Made by a program: the position numbers and the translations under genes. Below, in pieces: positions 61,090 through 64,000 of a DNA stretch of 64,000 nt; the first letter of the stretch is position 1; every line of letters starts with the position of its first letter. The notes below the pieces were generated by a model that was given only the letters and a program-made list of their open reading frames with translations, was not told where the DNA came from and did not search any database. The DNA comes from Prorocentrum cordatum (lineage: Eukaryota), in the NCBI GenBank assembly GCA_963575745.1, contig CAUYUJ010000145.1:1-64000 (forward strand). Reading direction: 5' to 3'.

Positions 61090-64000
61090 CTTGCCAGGGG
61101 GGAGGGGGAGGAGGAAGAGGAGGAGGAGGAGGAGGAGGAGGAGGAGTGAGGGGGAGAGAGGAGGAGAGGAAGGAGGAGGAGGAGGAGGAGAAAGGGAGAG
61201 AGGAGGAAGAGGATAAAGGAGGAGGAGGGGAGGAGAAGAGGAGGTGGAGGAGGGGGAGGAGGAGGAGGAGGAGAGGAGGAGAGGAGGAGGGAGGAGGAGG
61301 AGGAGGAGGAGGAGGGGAGGAAAGGAGGAGCTGAGGAGGTGCAGGAGCAGGAGGAGGAGGAGGCTGAGGAGCAGGAGGAGGAGGAGGAAGAGGCTGAGGA
61401 GGAGGAGGCGAAAACAAAGGAGGAGAAAACAGAGGAGGAGGAGGAGGAGGAGGAGGAGGAGGCGAACAAAACAGACAAGAACAGACCGACCCTGGGGCGT
61501 CTGTGTCGATGTCGAACAGCATCTACCCCAAAAAGTTGGCACCTGAGTGGCCTCAGAAGGCAGCTTCGCTCAGCTCCCCGCCTCCGCTGGCACTGGGACG
61601 CACACAGACACATACTAATACTACACGTCCTCCCTGGAGGCGCACGTCCGACCCGAACAGATCGTATACCCATCTTGTAGCATATCGTTTCCCGAGCGGT
61701 GTGGCCAGGAAGCGCCCGCCACGATGCATATACCATAAGACTTCTCGGTGCGCGCGTCGCCCCTGGGGGGGCGGCGCACACATAGTATTAGTATGTTGGG
61801 GTGATGCCGGTCCAATAGAAATCAAACAATCCACCCCCAGAATCACCAACTCGACACGCGAAGTCGTTTAGTAGACGCGCCCAAAGAAGGAATCGAACAG
61901 GGCAGGGCTGTTTAGTAAACGCCAAGGGCCGTTTAGTAACCGCCGATTGTCCGGTCCGGGTGGTTTTTCCTCCCGTGACTCAAGGCTCCCAACAAATATG
62001 ACCCTCGAGGTTTTGCGTTGGCCTTCCTCTTCGGAACCCTACGCCCCTGGGCAACAAGTCTGCGCGCGGCCCCCTCGAGACCTTCAACAAGGGCCTGGCT
62101 CCCCGAGGAGGGTCCCATGGGCACGTGGGGGGGAGGCCCGGGAGCAGAGGAGGAGGCAGCAGCAGCAGCTTCAACGAGGACGAAGGAGGAGAGAGGACCC
62201 CCCTAGGCCCTAGCCGAAGGGTCCCTACAGTCATCGGCCTGACCTAACGAACGATGCATATGGAACCAAGCCCCTTGCCTTGAACGCATAAGGAGCGATA
62301 GATAATGCATAACGCATCGGGAACGAGAAATAACGCAGGCAAGCCTGCGGAACGACCGAGCCCCTTTTGAAAAGCAAGTTTCTTCGCACTCACGCCGCTC
62401 GCTGTGAGCCGAACCGATCCTGCGAGCACGGGGGCACGCGAGACCCCTGACGCCACCTGGGCCACGGCGCGGGCACGTGCAGTGTAGCCTGGGCTCCGCG
62501 CTCAAAGGCGCCCAGCCCCTCCCCCTCCCCGCCCACCGTCCGAGCCCCCCCCCCCCACTTCCGCCGCTCTGCGCGGCACGTCTGCCCCACACACTGCTTG
62601 GAGACCCTCCCCGGCAACTGGGCCGCGCCCCTCTCCGAGGCCCCCCCAGAGGGGCCGCACCGGCCTTCTCCTCTCCGCCCTCCGCCGCCAGATGTCGAGT
62701 CGGGGCCCGCTCGAGCTGCAAGAGCTTCGCGTCGACCGCGCACGCGAAACGACACTTCTCCGGCTTCGACTCCTGCCTGCGAGCCCCTCGGACACGCCGT
62801 GCCCGGACCTCCCGCGCAAGGGCTCGAGCGAGCGGCGCGGCCGAGAACGACGGCATTCCAGTGCTGCTCGAGACACCGCTTGCAGTCCTCGGGGCACGCT
62901 GGATCCGCCGCGGCCGCACGGATGAGTGCCGCCTGCTCCTGTAGGAACGGCGGCCTTAGATTCTCCGTCGACTCGTCCGCCTCTTTGCGGCGCTGCGCCC
63001 CGTCGCGATGCGCAGCGCCTGCCTTCGTGGCCGCGGCCGCAGCCACCTGCTCAGGGAATGAAGAAGCGCACGGAAGACTACGCCGCAGATGCCCCATCAG
63101 CTCGGTCGCATTCGTGAGCGAGAGCTCCGTTAGACGAATCACGAATCACGAGCCGACGAAGAACGCCCCCTCCCCCCTTGCCCTGTGCCGCCCGCTGCGC
63201 CTGCTCCACCGCACCCCCCTGTTTCGCCCCACGCCCCCCCCTGGGCTCCTGCAGCTGCCGGCGGGGCGAGTATCCGAGCGGGGCGCCTGTCCGCGGCTGC
63301 CGTGGAGACGGAGCCAGGGCGGACGTGGCTAAGGGCAAGGATCAGGGTGAGCACGCAAGTGGGCGTGGACCTGCAAAGCCTCGAAGCTGCTACCACGGAA
63401 AGCCCATAGCGGACATCGATACGAACTGGGCCCCGCGGCCTCAGATCCGCCATCGCGCAGCGGCGGGCCGTGCGGGCCGAGGAGGCCCAGCTGCCCTTGG
63501 GCCCCAAGTGCAGGGCATGGATCTCGCACGTGGACTTCATCACCCACCTCTTCCTCATCCCCCCTTCTCTCCTCCCAGTCCTTCGTACTGTGCTTCTCCT
63601 ACTGTCGATGGATCTGTTCCGCGCGAGGCATCCGCAAACGAGCGTCCGGTATCCTCATCGCGGTCGCGGCCCGAGGGCTCGGCCCGCGAGGCCGTGGATA
63701 CGGGAATGTTCCCCGCCTACGAGTCGCCGAGCCCCTCAGAACACCTCCCGCGGGCGCAAGTGGTGACGCTGCCGGGCCCCTCCCTCCCCCGGAACGGCCG
63801 TCATCGCCAGGGAACGAACAGAAGCTGGCTCTTGTGGGCGCGCAGCAGAAGCCATCAGGGGGGGGCTTGAGCAGGGACCGACCATCCCCGCATTCCTATA
63901 GGCCTACCACGACATGTTCTTAGAACCTAAAGTGTTGCTTAACAACAAGCACAATATTCTTAGAACATAAACCTGATGTGCTAAAACAGGACAGTCTCAG

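Noticed and set aside
61988..62050. USP Cys-box exon candidate QNLEGHICW
   Set aside because: Followed by a stop and lacks the NxxLQ needed to join the next exon.
62390..63870. 250-aa minus ORF and adjacent ORFs as genes or a LINE 3' remnant
   Set aside because: No convincing motif. Long ORFs arise by chance at this GC content.

Overview
A GC-rich, microsatellite-saturated eukaryotic window, almost certainly from a dinoflagellate. The evidence is spliced-leader relics, GA/GC splice donors and co-oriented genes; a Prorocentrum-like genome is my inference. Most ORFs in the supplied track are artefacts of (CCT)n, (CAT)n, (TAC)n, (GTC)n and (CCTCAG)n tracts. Reading the coding islands between the repeats reconstructs two minus-strand multi-exon genes. 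(1) A secreted somatomedin-B + Cys-rich + pectin-acetylesterase/Notum-like protein: 5 exons at 13145->5423, with later exons not found. (2) A ubiquitin-specific protease (peptidase C19): 8 exons at 61089->27144, with the Cys-box exon not found. None of the 12 inferred donors is GT, and most intron ends carry short direct repeats. One intron (30667-30861) is exactly a TIR element plus one copy of its 3-bp TSD, i.e. a young introner. A 20-kb USP intron holds a near-intact LINE with atypical EN/RT motifs, a degenerate Ngaro-type tyrosine-recombinase retrotransposon with split direct repeats and a C5-methyltransferase remnant, and a ubiquitin-like-repeat pseudogene. Two intronless Ala/Arg-rich ORFs, each headed by a spliced-leader relic, sit inside microsatellites. 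Several microsatellites are bounded by TIRs or by TSD-like direct repeats, which suggests they are mobilised. All calls are by eye; no searches were run.
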